Below, piece by piece: positions 47,204 to 57,159 of a DNA stretch of 64,000 nucleotides. Each line of letters starts with the position of its first letter. The first letter of the stretch is position 1. The DNA comes from a virus. Location: IMG/VR virus record IMGVR_UViG_3300037423_000584. The stretch is one strand, 5' to 3'. The translations under genes were made by a program, and so were the position numbers. The notes below the pieces were generated by a model. The model was not told where the DNA came from. It ran no database searches and was given only the letters and a program-made list of their open reading frames with translations.

Positions 47204-48287
47204 ACGTATTGAATTTATTTTAGAACAACTTGGATTTGATGTAAATAGTTTTTATGGATCAGGTGGTGAACTTAGGTGTCGCTGCCTTATTCATTCTGGT
47301 GATAATAATACAGCATTCTCATACAGTACAGTATTTAAAAAGTGGCGTTGTTACACAAACTCATGTCATGATGGATGTGATAACATATTTGGTCTAGTAC
47401 AAAAAGCTCTGTCATTACAAAATGATAAAGAAATAGGTTTTCGTGATGCTGTATCATGGCTGGCAAAGATACTTGAGATTAAAATTGATCTAAATAGTAA
47501 TATAGAGATATCAGAAGATACTAAAGAAATTAGTAAATTAGTATCTTATTCTAAATATAAGACAAAACAAGTAAATAAACAAAACACAGAATTCAAGCAA
47601 TTTCCTCTATCTGCAATAAAAGATAAAGTAGAACCAAGTTGGTATTTTATAAATCAAGGATTTTCACCAGAAATTCTTAAGAAATACTGTGTCGGATACT
47701 GTGAAGATCCATATAAACCAATGAATCTTAGATCATATGCACCGGTTCTAGACGATACTGGCACAATGGTTATAGGAGTTACTGGTAGAATTAAATTTGA
47801 AAAATGTGAATTATGTGGAGATTTCCATAATCCAGATGATCTATGTCCTTCTGATGATAGAATGACACGTTCTTATTCCAAATGGATGCATTATGGATTT
47901 AGCAAAAGTACAGTATTGTATAACAGTTGGTTTGCAGAAGAGCATATTAAAAGAACAAAAGTAGCCATATTAACAGAAGGTCCAAAAGAAATATGGTGGC
48001 TAGAGCAATATGGAGTACATAACGCGGTATGTATATTTGGATTAAGCTTTTCAAACATCCATTTGAAAAAGTTAATCAAAATGGGAGTAACTACTATTGT
48101 TGTCGCACTAGATAATGATGAAAAGGGACTTAAAGCCATAGACGATATATACGATAATTTTGGTAACTATTTCAAAATAGTAAATATCAAAAATATCTTA
48201 GGACCGGATCAAGATATTGATGATCTAAAAGAAGATGAGATGAATAATAAATTAATACCATTTTTAAAATCATTGGAGAAGAATTAA
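47136..48287 (+). CDS. dnaG: DnaG-type primase (Zn-binding domain + TOPRIM)
   Basis: C.IH.GDN...C....C, GR, LYN, TEG and ALDNDEKG; extra CELC..H....C insert. Confidence 0.88.
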   Translation: MLATTSKRISQETLNQITEAANERIEFILEQLGFDVNSFYGSGGELRCRCLIHSGDNNTAFSYSTVFKKWRCYTNSCHDGCDNIFGLVQKALSLQNDKEIGFRDAVSWLAKILEIKIDLNSNIEISEDTKEISKLVSYSKYKTKQVNKQNTEFKQFPLSAIKDKVEPSWYFINQGFSPEILKKYCVGYCEDPYKPMNLRSYAPVLDDTGTMVIGVTGRIKFEKCELCGDFHNPDDLCPSDDRMTRSYSKWMHYGFSKSTVLYNSWFAEEHIKRTKVAILTEGPKEIWWLEQYGVHNAVCIFGLSFSNIHLKKLIKMGVTTIVVALDNDEKGLKAIDDIYDNFGNYFKIVNIKNILGPDQDIDDLKEDEMNNKLIPFLKSLEKN

Positions 48288-49075
48288 TGGATAAATTGAC
48301 AATAGTCCTTTCTGGAAAAAAGGGATCAGGAAAATCAAGTGCTGGCAAAATGATATTTTGTGAATATGCCAATACTCTTATAGGTAAAAATAGATTTTAT
48401 GTAGATAATATTGGTGAAGAAGTATTTGTCTTTGATTCTTTTAATAATAATAAAGTATTAAATACTGATTATCCAGATGAATATACAAAGAACATATTTG
48501 ATACATTATCTGTAAAACTTTATAGCTTCGCAGATCCTCTAAAGAGGCTGTGTATTGATGTTCTTGGATTAGATCCTATTCAGTGTTATGGATCTGATAA
48601 TGACAAGAATTCCAACACACATCTTCTTTGGGATAATCTTCCAAAGGATATAAAGAAGAAATATAGTCGAGTAAGACGTGGTAATGGCGGTTATAAGCCT
48701 GCAAGTGGTAATATGACAGCACGGGAAGTAATGCAAATAGTCGGCACAGATGTTTGCAGAGCTATGGATGAAAATTGTTGGGCAAGAGGATTATATTCTA
48801 CTATTAAGAATGATGGATATAGACTTGCTATAGTTACCGATGGACGGTTTCCAAATGAAATAACACTTGGAACAGAAATTGGTGCAAAGGCTATTAGACT
48901 AACAAGAAAAGTATTTGAGGACGAACATCCATCTGAAAAAGCTTTAGACAACTTCCCACTTGGAGAATTTAGTTTCGTTGTTCATAATCAAGATCTTACT
49001 ATGCCAGAAACACATAATATTTTGCTAGGCAAAGTTAGAGAATGGTTTGGTAATTATAATATTTTTAATAGGTAA
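48287..49075 (+). CDS. deoxynucleoside monophosphate kinase
   Basis: GKKGSGKS, SFADPLK, R.VMQ.VGTD, DGRFPNE and HPSE. Confidence 0.88.
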   Translation: MDKLTIVLSGKKGSGKSSAGKMIFCEYANTLIGKNRFYVDNIGEEVFVFDSFNNNKVLNTDYPDEYTKNIFDTLSVKLYSFADPLKRLCIDVLGLDPIQCYGSDNDKNSNTHLLWDNLPKDIKKKYSRVRRGNGGYKPASGNMTAREVMQIVGTDVCRAMDENCWARGLYSTIKNDGYRLAIVTDGRFPNEITLGTEIGAKAIRLTRKVFEDEHPSEKALDNFPLGEFSFVVHNQDLTMPETHNILLGKVREWFGNYNIFNR

Positions 49076-49080
49076 TAAAA

Positions 49081-49977
49081 TTGGAAATAGAAACAATTAA
49101 TTCATCGTCGTACAATTTGTACGACTGGTGCGAGTTCAAATTCTTCTTGCAAAACATATTAGGTTTTGAAGATGAAGCTGGACCGGCCGCTGTACTGGGT
49201 CATATATTTCATAAAGTATGTGAAATATTGACCAGAGCATCGGTTTTGAAACACGATAAGAATAGTAAGATATGGGACCATAATTATTTATGGAAGATAT
49301 CTTATAATCACTACGCTAATGAAAAGCCACACCTTATTGGAAAGATTCAGCCTGCAAAACTAAAGAGGGTTAAAAAAGCACTAGATGAACTAATCGTCAG
49401 TGCTTATAGCCCAATAAGAGACAATAGTATCAATTCTGAAATAAAGTTTAGAAACTTAGAAATAAAAGATCCTGCATTTGCAATCAAACGAAGAGAAGAT
49501 GGTACTATAAAGTATTATAGTTTATTCGGAACAATAGATAGAATTGATAAGATTAACGAAGATACTATTGAAATTGTAGATTACAAGACAGGAAGTAGTT
49601 CATTCAACTCTAAAGATGGATCAAAGAAAACCCCATCTAAGCTTCACGAAGACATACAACCTTCTATATATTTCTTAGCTGCTAGAGAACTGTTTCCTTG
49701 GGCTAAGAACTTTATAATTACATTTATCTATATAGTAGATGGTGGACCAATTAGCGTTCCATTCTGCGAAGATGATGTAGAACATATAAAAGACAAGCTT
49801 AGGAAACGATATAAGACTATCAAAGCAAACGAAGATCCTCAGAGGGATCGAAGCTGGAAGTGCAAGGTTCTTTGTAATCTTGGCAAAAGCGGTGTTTGTG
49901 ATGATGTTTGGCGTGAAAAGAATGAAAACGGTTATCAGTTTACAATAAATAAATATAAGATATTACATGGTAAATAG
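49081..49977 (+). CDS. Cas4/RecB-like PD-(D/E)XK exonuclease with a probable Fe-S cluster
   Basis: S.S..C, G.IFH, GTIDRID, VDYKTG, Q..IY and a C-terminal C...C......C. Confidence 0.85.
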   Translation: MEIETINSSSYNLYDWCEFKFFLQNILGFEDEAGPAAVLGHIFHKVCEILTRASVLKHDKNSKIWDHNYLWKISYNHYANEKPHLIGKIQPAKLKRVKKALDELIVSAYSPIRDNSINSEIKFRNLEIKDPAFAIKRREDGTIKYYSLFGTIDRIDKINEDTIEIVDYKTGSSSFNSKDGSKKTPSKLHEDIQPSIYFLAARELFPWAKNFIITFIYIVDGGPISVPFCEDDVEHIKDKLRKRYKTIKANEDPQRDRSWKCKVLCNLGKSGVCDDVWREKNENGYQFTINKYKILHGK

Positions 49978-49979
49978 TT

Positions 49980-50192
49980 ATGGAAGAACAATTTGTTCAG
50001 AATTTAGATGCTTTAAAAATCAAAAGTACATTAGAAGCTATGCCAGTTTGGAACACAATTGATACTAAAGTAGATCTAGAAGGCGAAAGTATTATATTTA
50101 CTAGAGGAAATGTAAAGATTGTTTTGTCTTGGATAGAAGTTATATCTATTGGTGCTAAGAGTATATATAAAATGTTAATTCAACTCGATTAA
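49980..50192 (+). CDS. hypothetical protein
   Basis: ORF in a gene string. Confidence 0.5.
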   Translation: MEEQFVQNLDALKIKSTLEAMPVWNTIDTKVDLEGESIIFTRGNVKIVLSWIEVISIGAKSIYKMLIQLD

Positions 50193-50196
50193 TTTT

Positions 50197-50445
50197 ATGC
50201 TGGATTTATATAAAATCTTCGAAGAAGTTGGATGTAAAATAATATCTACTAATCCAAAACCCAAAACATCTATAGATTTTATATGCAGATGTGGCAAAAA
50301 TGGGAAAATATATTACAAATATAATACAAAAATAATAGAATGTAATACATGCAGAAGCACGAGGGCTAGAAAAAATGATAAATACAATAAAAAGGAATTT
50401 GAACAATGGTTAATTCAACAGAACGTAAAGTTCAGGAAGGAGTAA
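50197..50445 (+). CDS. small Zn-ribbon protein (resembles DNA-binding repeats of homing endonucleases)
   Basis: F...GC, ICRCG ... CNTC. Confidence 0.5.
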   Translation: MLDLYKIFEEVGCKIISTNPKPKTSIDFICRCGKNGKIYYKYNTKIIECNTCRSTRARKNDKYNKKEFEQWLIQQNVKFRKE

Positions 50446-50453
50446 ACAAGGCA

Positions 50454-52579
50454 GTGGACAATAATTATATTATTTTCCACTGTCATTAGTTTACTCTGTT
50501 TATAGTCTACTCGATGGTTTTTCAAGTCCTAAGAAGAACGCAGAAAGAGCAAAGAAGCTAGGTATGACCGCTCTTGGTATTTCTGATCACGGAAATATCG
50601 GCGGTCATATTGAACATTGGTCAGAATGTAAGAAAGCAAAGATTAAGCCAATCCTTGGTTGTGAATTATATATTCCATCTCAATGTGCTGCTATTAAAAG
50701 TTCAGACAATCGTCATAATAATCACATGGTTGTTTGGGCGAAGAATAAGCAAGGTTGGTATGATCTAGTTAAACTTGTAAGCAGGACTAATGATCCAGAA
50801 TATTTCTATTATAAACCTCGCATTAGTTTGTTTAATACAGAAATAGAAGGGAAAATGCATGAAGGTTTAGAGTCTTTCTTGACCGGAAACATCATGGGTT
50901 TTTCTGGCCACCAAGGAAGTATTCTTGCAGATAGCCTATTTTGTGATCTTTTTGGTGACAATAAGAAGCGTTCAGAAGATATTAAGAAGGCTTATGGTCA
51001 GTATAAGAATAAGGATATTGAATTCTATAAGCAATTCTTAAAGCCAAACTGGCTAGAATCTACATCAGAATTAGCTTTAAAGCTTCAAAAGATGTTCGGT
51101 AAGGATAACTTCTTCATTGAGCTACAAGATGAATTAAATCCTAATGATAAGCTAGCCCTGTGGATTCATCCTTTGATCGTATCTTGTTTAAGACAGGTTT
51201 CAAAGGCCACTGGTATTCCTGCAATGACCTCATCAGATCCGCATTATGCAAATCCAGAGGATGCGGACGATCAACGTATCATGGTTTCTGTTAATATGAA
51301 AGAAACCGAAGAGAGTATTCAAAGAAAGCTTTCTGACGATCAAGAAAGCGATATCATGGTATTCTTTGGTTCTAATAACTTCTATATTCATAGCTATGAT
51401 GAAATCAAAGATAAGTTTACTCAAGAAGAATTAGAAATGACCAATAAGGTCGCCGCCATGGTTGAGGAATATGATATTAGTGCCAAACCAAGTATTCCTA
51501 AGTTTGATATCCCTAATCTTCCTGATCTTCCATTCCTAAGAAAAATAGAAAACCCTTCTGATAAGTATCTTATGTATCTATGTGTAGAAGGTGCTAAGAA
51601 GTTTGAACCTTGGACAAAGAGTGATAAATATAAGCGTGAAGACTATTGGAATAGACTCAATGAGGAATTTAAGGTCATTATAGAAGCAGGATTGTCTGAT
51701 TATTTCTTGATTGTTTGGGATTTTTGCATGGCTGCTGATAATAGACCAGCAGATCATTCATTCGATTGGCGTAAGAATCTAGAATTAGGCGGTAAAACAG
51801 ATCCAATTCCTCGCGGAGTAGGAAGAGGTTCTGCTGCTGGATGTCTTATTTCTTATCTTGTTTCGATTACAGGAATTGATCCTATTCTTTATAATCTTAT
51901 TTTCTCTCGCTTTTATAACAAGGGTAGAAATACAGCAGATCACATTGAGTTGCCAGATATCGATTCTGACTTTGCAGTAGAAGATAGAGAGTGGATTATT
52001 AAGTATATTGAAAATAAGTATGGTCAAGAAAATGTGGCACAGATTATTACATTCCAAAGAATGCAAGGTCGTGCTGCTATTAAGGATGTTTTTAGAGTAA
52101 AGGGTATTAAGGGCGGTTTTGAACTCTCTAATGAAATATGTAAGTATATTCCAAATGAAGCAGAAGTTGCTGATGAATTACAGGAAATTAGAGATTCTGG
52201 CCATCCTGATTATGGATTGATTAAATATTCTATTGATAATTCTGATGAAATTCAAAAGTTCATTAAGGATGAAAAGATTAAAGGCGTCTTAGATCAAGCA
52301 ATACGATGCGAGGGTGTCAAGAGAGGTCAAGGTCGTCACCCATCTGGAATCATAGTAACACCAAAGCCTGTAAAGGACCATTTTCCAATGGTTTATGATA
52401 CTAGATCAAAGCAAAAAATCATTGGTGTCGATATGAATAATGCCGCCAAGTTGGGTGGAGTAAAAATTGACCTACTAGGCACAGCGATATTAGATAAATT
52501 AAAAATGACACAAGATCTAGTAAATAAGGTAAAGCCTCGACGTAATAGAGTCGATCATTACCAAGAGGAAATAGAATAA
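50454..52579 (+). CDS. dnaE: DNA polymerase III alpha, N-terminal part (PHP + palm); 5' end interrupted by an 8-nt insert
   Basis: GTG-DNNYIIFHCH [TAGTTTAC] SVYSLLDG...SDHG, KPILGCE, GRGSAAG, PDIDSDF, HPSG and KIDLLG; the track ORF starts at 50564. Confidence 0.88.
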
Positions 52580-52581
52580 CT

Positions 52582-54237
52582 ATGTATGATACAACAGAAT
52601 CAATAGAAATGCTTCTTAATGAGAAGCATCCAATTAATAGGCTTAAATCAGATACAGAACTTTATAAAGTACCAGAATCTGGAAACTATAACTTTAAAGA
52701 TACACCACTAAACGATCCTAGAGTATGGAGATTGTTCGCTAAAGGGAATACTAGGGGGGTCTTCCAATTAGAAAAACAACTAGGACAAGATTGGTCTAGA
52801 AAGTGTCGTCCAGAAAATATAGAACATCTTGCGGCTCTTGTGTCGATTCTACGTCCAGGTCCATTAGAATCTGGATTCGCTGAGTCTTATTGTAAGAGAA
52901 AGAATGGCCAAGAAGAAATAGTATATCTACATTATTCTCTTGAACCTATTCTTAAAGACACATTCGGTTGTTTAATCTACCAAGAACAAGCAATGCGTAT
53001 TGCTGTTGATATTGCTGGTTTTAACGAAGTACAAGCTGATAACCTAAGAAAAGCAATTGGTAAAAAGAAACCAGAGGAAATGGTTAAAGTCAAGAAGATG
53101 TTTCTTGAAGGTGCCAAGGACAAAAAGCTAGTTAATGAGAAAGAAGCAGAAGAGATCTTCGGTTGGATTGAGAAGTCTGTTAGATATTCGTTTAATAAGT
53201 CTCACGCTGTTTCTTATGCAATGATCGCATATCTTTCAGCTTATCAAAAGACACACTTTCCAACAGAATTCTATTGCTCTTGGCTTACCTATTCTGATTG
53301 GAAGCCTAATCCAAAGGAAGAGATTTACGAATTAGTTCAAAATGCTCGTCTAGATGGTATTAAGGTTAATCCACCAGATATCAGAAGAAAGAATATTGAT
53401 TTCGAAATCATTGGAGAAAAAGAGATAGCTTTCGGTCTGTCTCACATTAGAGGCGTTGGTGCTTCTGCTATTGAGAATATTAGTAATATTAAAAATATAG
53501 ATACATTTGTTGGTTTCCTTAAGTCAGTTAAAAAACTAAAGAGAAATGTTGCTGAAAGCTTAATCAAATCTGGTGCATGTGATTGCTATGGCATGAGTAG
53601 AGCGATGATGCTTCAAAGAATATATGTTATCTTTGGAAGAAATGAGAAAGACACAGAGAATCAAGCACCAGAAGTAAAGTCATTAACACCAAATGAATAT
53701 GAATATGTAATGTCTAAGATTGATAAGCAAACTATTCAAGAATGCTTACAAGGTGTTATTGATAATAAAGTATGTGTTAAAAAACGTATCCCAACTATTG
53801 AATCTAAGATTACTTATATTAATAAGGTTCAAGCTGATACTAATAAGATTAAGTCAATTTGGGAAAAGCTCTACTTAGGTCTTAATTTAACTTGTTCCGC
53901 TGCTGATGACGTAAGTAAGATGGAAAACAATATTACTTCTTGCAGAGATGCTCATAAAAAGAACCATAAAGACAAAGTAACTATGCATGTAGTTATTGAT
54001 GATATTCGTCTTAGAAAGACCTCTGAGAAGGCTAAAAATCCCGGACAAGAATTTGCTTATTTAAATATTAGTGACAATAGTGGTGCTTTGCAAAACGTCG
54101 TATGCTGGCCTGAAACTTGGGACAAGGCTAAAAACGATGGTTTAACACAAGATTGTGTTGTCTGTTTATATGGATATAAAGATTGTTACAATGGTCGTGA
54201 ACAAGTAGTAGCAAGCGATATAGTGGTAATTGGCTAG
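52582..54237 (+). CDS. dnaE: DNA polymerase III alpha, C-terminal part (fingers/HhH/OB)
   Basis: GVFQLE, RPGP, IYQEQ, ADNLRKAIGKKK, YSFNKSHAVSY, PPDI and FGLSHIRGVG. Confidence 0.92.
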   Translation: MYDTTESIEMLLNEKHPINRLKSDTELYKVPESGNYNFKDTPLNDPRVWRLFAKGNTRGVFQLEKQLGQDWSRKCRPENIEHLAALVSILRPGPLESGFAESYCKRKNGQEEIVYLHYSLEPILKDTFGCLIYQEQAMRIAVDIAGFNEVQADNLRKAIGKKKPEEMVKVKKMFLEGAKDKKLVNEKEAEEIFGWIEKSVRYSFNKSHAVSYAMIAYLSAYQKTHFPTEFYCSWLTYSDWKPNPKEEIYELVQNARLDGIKVNPPDIRRKNIDFEIIGEKEIAFGLSHIRGVGASAIENISNIKNIDTFVGFLKSVKKLKRNVAESLIKSGACDCYGMSRAMMLQRIYVIFGRNEKDTENQAPEVKSLTPNEYEYVMSKIDKQTIQECLQGVIDNKVCVKKRIPTIESKITYINKVQADTNKIKSIWEKLYLGLNLTCSAADDVSKMENNITSCRDAHKKNHKDKVTMHVVIDDIRLRKTSEKAKNPGQEFAYLNISDNSGALQNVVCWPETWDKAKNDGLTQDCVVCLYGYKDCYNGREQVVASDIVVIG

Positions 54238-54247
54238 GAAATAATAA

Positions 54248-54643
54248 ATGATTATAGCTATTGATTTTGATGGTACAATTGTAGAACATAATTATCCAGA
54301 TATAGGTCGTCCTGTTATTGGTGCTATAGAATACATAAAACAATTCCAAAATCTTGGTGCCAAAATTATTCTATGGACTATGAGAAGCGATAATGACGAT
54401 GGACCAACTTTAAGTTCTGCTGTTAATTATTGCTTAAGCAAGGGAATAGAATTATATGGTATAAATAGCAATCCAACTCAAAACGAATGGACGTCTTCTC
54501 CAAAAGCATATGCTAATATTTATATCGATGATGCTGCCATAGGATGTCCATTAAGAGAATCGGCAAGCTATGGAGCTAGGCCATATGTTGATTGGGATAT
54601 TGTTGGTCCAATGGTTATAAAACTACTAAAGGGAAATAAATGA
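54248..54643 (+). CDS. capless HAD-family phosphatase
   Basis: IAIDFDGTI, LWT.R, K.YA.IYIDD. Confidence 0.85.
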   Translation: MIIAIDFDGTIVEHNYPDIGRPVIGAIEYIKQFQNLGAKIILWTMRSDNDDGPTLSSAVNYCLSKGIELYGINSNPTQNEWTSSPKAYANIYIDDAAIGCPLRESASYGARPYVDWDIVGPMVIKLLKGNK

Positions 54644-55095
54644 TAAAATTCGTCGATGGCAATTTATTTGATTACAAAGGTGATATTTTAATAAATACGG
54701 TCAATGTAGTTGGTGTAATGGGCAAAGGAATAGCTTTGGAGTTTAAAAAGCGATTTCCTGCAATGTTCAGAGATTATAAAGAACAATGTCTAAATAAAGA
54801 ACTAGAATCGGGCCATATTTATCCTTGGCACCATAATACAGGATTGATAATTAATTTTGCTACAAAAGATCATTGGAAAGATCCATCTAAATATGAATGG
54901 ATAGAATCTGGTCTAAAAGAGCTTAAAAATTATTTAGATAATTTAGATTTTACTTGTACTGTATTAATACCTGCACTCGGTTGTTCGAATGGTGGTTTAG
55001 ATTTTGATATAGTTAAAGTGATGATAAACAAATATCTGAGTGATTCTAAACAAAATATTATAGTATTTAATCCAAATACAGAAAGGCAAAAATGA
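54640..55095 (+). CDS. macrodomain (DarG/TARG1-like ADP-ribosylhydrolase)
   Basis: GNLF, NTVN.VGVMGKGIALEFK, INF.TK.HW and PALGC.NGGL. Confidence 0.88.
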   Translation: MIKFVDGNLFDYKGDILINTVNVVGVMGKGIALEFKKRFPAMFRDYKEQCLNKELESGHIYPWHHNTGLIINFATKDHWKDPSKYEWIESGLKELKNYLDNLDFTCTVLIPALGCSNGGLDFDIVKVMINKYLSDSKQNIIVFNPNTERQK

Positions 55096-55301
55096 GTAAA
55101 GAATTAATTGATTATACTATACAGTTAGTTAAAGATGCCCTTGGTAGTCATTTATTCAATTATAATGTTGAAAGCCAAGTGAGAGAAAAGGCTTATGCTA
55201 AATTTGAAGAGCTTTTGAAAAATCAATCGAGTAAAGACGATAATTCAACACAACAAGTAAATTCAAATGCACTTCCAAAAGGAAAGAATAAGCAAAAATG
55301 A
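55092..55301 (+). CDS. hypothetical protein
   Basis: Coupled ORF. Confidence 0.5.
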   Translation: MSKELIDYTIQLVKDALGSHLFNYNVESQVREKAYAKFEELLKNQSSKDDNSTQQVNSNALPKGKNKQK

Positions 55302-56959
55302 ATAGAAAAAAGAGAATATTATGGGTATCAGAAGCCAGTTTTTTAAACACTGGCTTCTCTGTTTTAAGCTATGAGATCCTTAAGAGACTGTATGATACTG
55401 GAAAATACGAGATATTAGAACTCGGTAGTTATGCTAAGTCTAGTGATCAAAGGGCTTTAAATATACCTTGGAACTTTGCTGGTGCTATTCCAGAAGACAA
55501 TGATACTTTTGGTAAGCAATTATATAATTCTTCTGTTTATGGTCAATTCGGTGAAGCGGTATTTGATAAGGTATGCTTAAAATTTAAGCCAGATATCGTT
55601 ATTGATTCTAGAGATCGCTGGATGTCTAGTGAATGGCAATTGATGAGCCCATTCAGGAAGTATTTTAAGTATATTATTATGCCAACTGTTGATGGTGAGC
55701 CGCAACGATCAGCTTGGCTCGATGATTATCAACGTGCCGATCTTGTACTTACTTATAGTCGTTATGGTAAGGAAGTATTAGAAAGAGAAGCATCTGGCAA
55801 GGTAGATGTATTTGATATTGTTCGTCCTGGTGTTAATCAAGATATTTATAAACCCTTAGATAAGAACAAGATACGTAAACATTTTGGTATTGATGCTAAT
55901 TCTAATATCATAATGACAGTAATGAGAAATCAAAAGCGTAAGCTTTATCCTGATCTTATTGAAATGTTTAAGGGATATCTAGAACACTGTAAGAGCAATG
56001 GCAGAGAAGATCTAGTAAAGAATACATATCTATATCTACATGCTTCTTATCCAGATGTTGGATACGATATTCCTAAGTATATTATGAAGAACAACTTGGG
56101 TCATAAAGTTCTTATGACTTATGCTTGCTCTGCATGTAAGGCATATTATCCTGCATTCTTCCAGTCAGAATTAAGCATATGCAAGAAATGTGGAAACCTT
56201 TCTGCATATCTCCCTAATACTGGAAACGGCCTTTCTAGAGAAGAATTGGCAAGTATTATGAATATTGCAGATTTGTATATTCAGTATTCTATCTGCGAAG
56301 GTCTAGGAATGCCAATTTGTGAGGCTAAGGCTTGTGGAGTACCAGCATTTGCTGTTGATTATTCAGCAATGTCTGAGCAAGTAGAGGTCGAAGGATGTGA
56401 GAAGATCAATGTTGAACGATTCTTTCATGAATCCGTAATGGAAACAGAACAACAAAGAGCCCTGCCAGATAATGAAGATTGTATCAAGAAGATATTTAAG
56501 TTCTTCAATACTAACAAGGAAACAAGAGCAAAGTGGGGCGATCTGGCTAGACAAGATGCAGCAGATAATTATTCTTTTGATAGATCTGCCAAGATATTTG
56601 AAAATGCAATAGATTCTGTTGCAATTCACGACAGTAAGGATACTTGGCTTAGTTCTAAACCTAAGTTCTTAAAACTACCAAAGATACCAGAATTTGGAAC
56701 TAACTCAGAATTAATAGATTGGTGTATCGATAATGTTCTTAAAAATCCAGATCTTAAAAAGACACAATGGAGACACGATTTAATTAAGTCTTTGAATGTT
56801 GGATATACTACTCTAAGAGGCGGAAAGGAACGATTTAATGCTGACATAGCTTTATCTATGTTTAAGGAAATGGTTGATAAAAACAACTTTTGGGAAAATA
56901 ACAGAATTAATAGTTTAACAAATAATAAGAAATCTACACTTAAATTTGAGGTAATATAA
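55298..56959 (+). CDS. GT4 (GT-B) glycosyltransferase with a Zn-ribbon insertion
   Basis: TGFS, RNQKRK and EGLGMPICEAKACG; CSAC...CKKC insert. Confidence 0.85.
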   Translation: MNRKKRILWVSEASFLNTGFSVLSYEILKRLYDTGKYEILELGSYAKSSDQRALNIPWNFAGAIPEDNDTFGKQLYNSSVYGQFGEAVFDKVCLKFKPDIVIDSRDRWMSSEWQLMSPFRKYFKYIIMPTVDGEPQRSAWLDDYQRADLVLTYSRYGKEVLEREASGKVDVFDIVRPGVNQDIYKPLDKNKIRKHFGIDANSNIIMTVMRNQKRKLYPDLIEMFKGYLEHCKSNGREDLVKNTYLYLHASYPDVGYDIPKYIMKNNLGHKVLMTYACSACKAYYPAFFQSELSICKKCGNLSAYLPNTGNGLSREELASIMNIADLYIQYSICEGLGMPICEAKACGVPAFAVDYSAMSEQVEVEGCEKINVERFFHESVMETEQQRALPDNEDCIKKIFKFFNTNKETRAKWGDLARQDAADNYSFDRSAKIFENAIDSVAIHDSKDTWLSSKPKFLKLPKIPEFGTNSELIDWCIDNVLKNPDLKKTQWRHDLIKSLNVGYTTLRGGKERFNADIALSMFKEMVDKNNFWENNRINSLTNNKKSTLKFEVI

Positions 56960-57159
56960 TGATTGGATCAGTAGCACTTTGTCGTCATAACATTGTTGGA
57001 GTTATTAATAAAATTGTAACAGATTCTAATGGAAATGTTACTCTTTATAAGGGAAAGAGCCTAGAAGGTCGTCCTTGGCAAAGTAAGTCTCCTAAGATTT
57101 TAGCAAATAGTCTAGAGGAATATAATAAGATCAATGAAGGAATTAAGACAAATGCCTAA
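56959..57159 (+). CDS. hypothetical small protein
   Basis: Coupled ORF. Confidence 0.55.
   Translation: MIGSVALCRHNIVGVINKIVTDSNGNVTLYKGKSLEGRPWQSKSPKILANSLEEYNKINEGIKTNA

Noticed and set aside
49081-49977. CRISPR-Cas locus suggested by the Cas4-like nuclease
   Set aside because: No repeats, spacers or other cas genes are present; solo Cas4-like exonucleases are common in phage replication modules.
50487-50494. Group I intron in dnaE
   Set aside because: The insert is only 8 nt, none of the equivalent excision registers ends in G, and no catalytic core is visible.
52500-52700. Split intein between the dnaE halves
   Set aside because: There is no intein block A/B at the end of the first gene and no HN-C/S motif at the start of the second.
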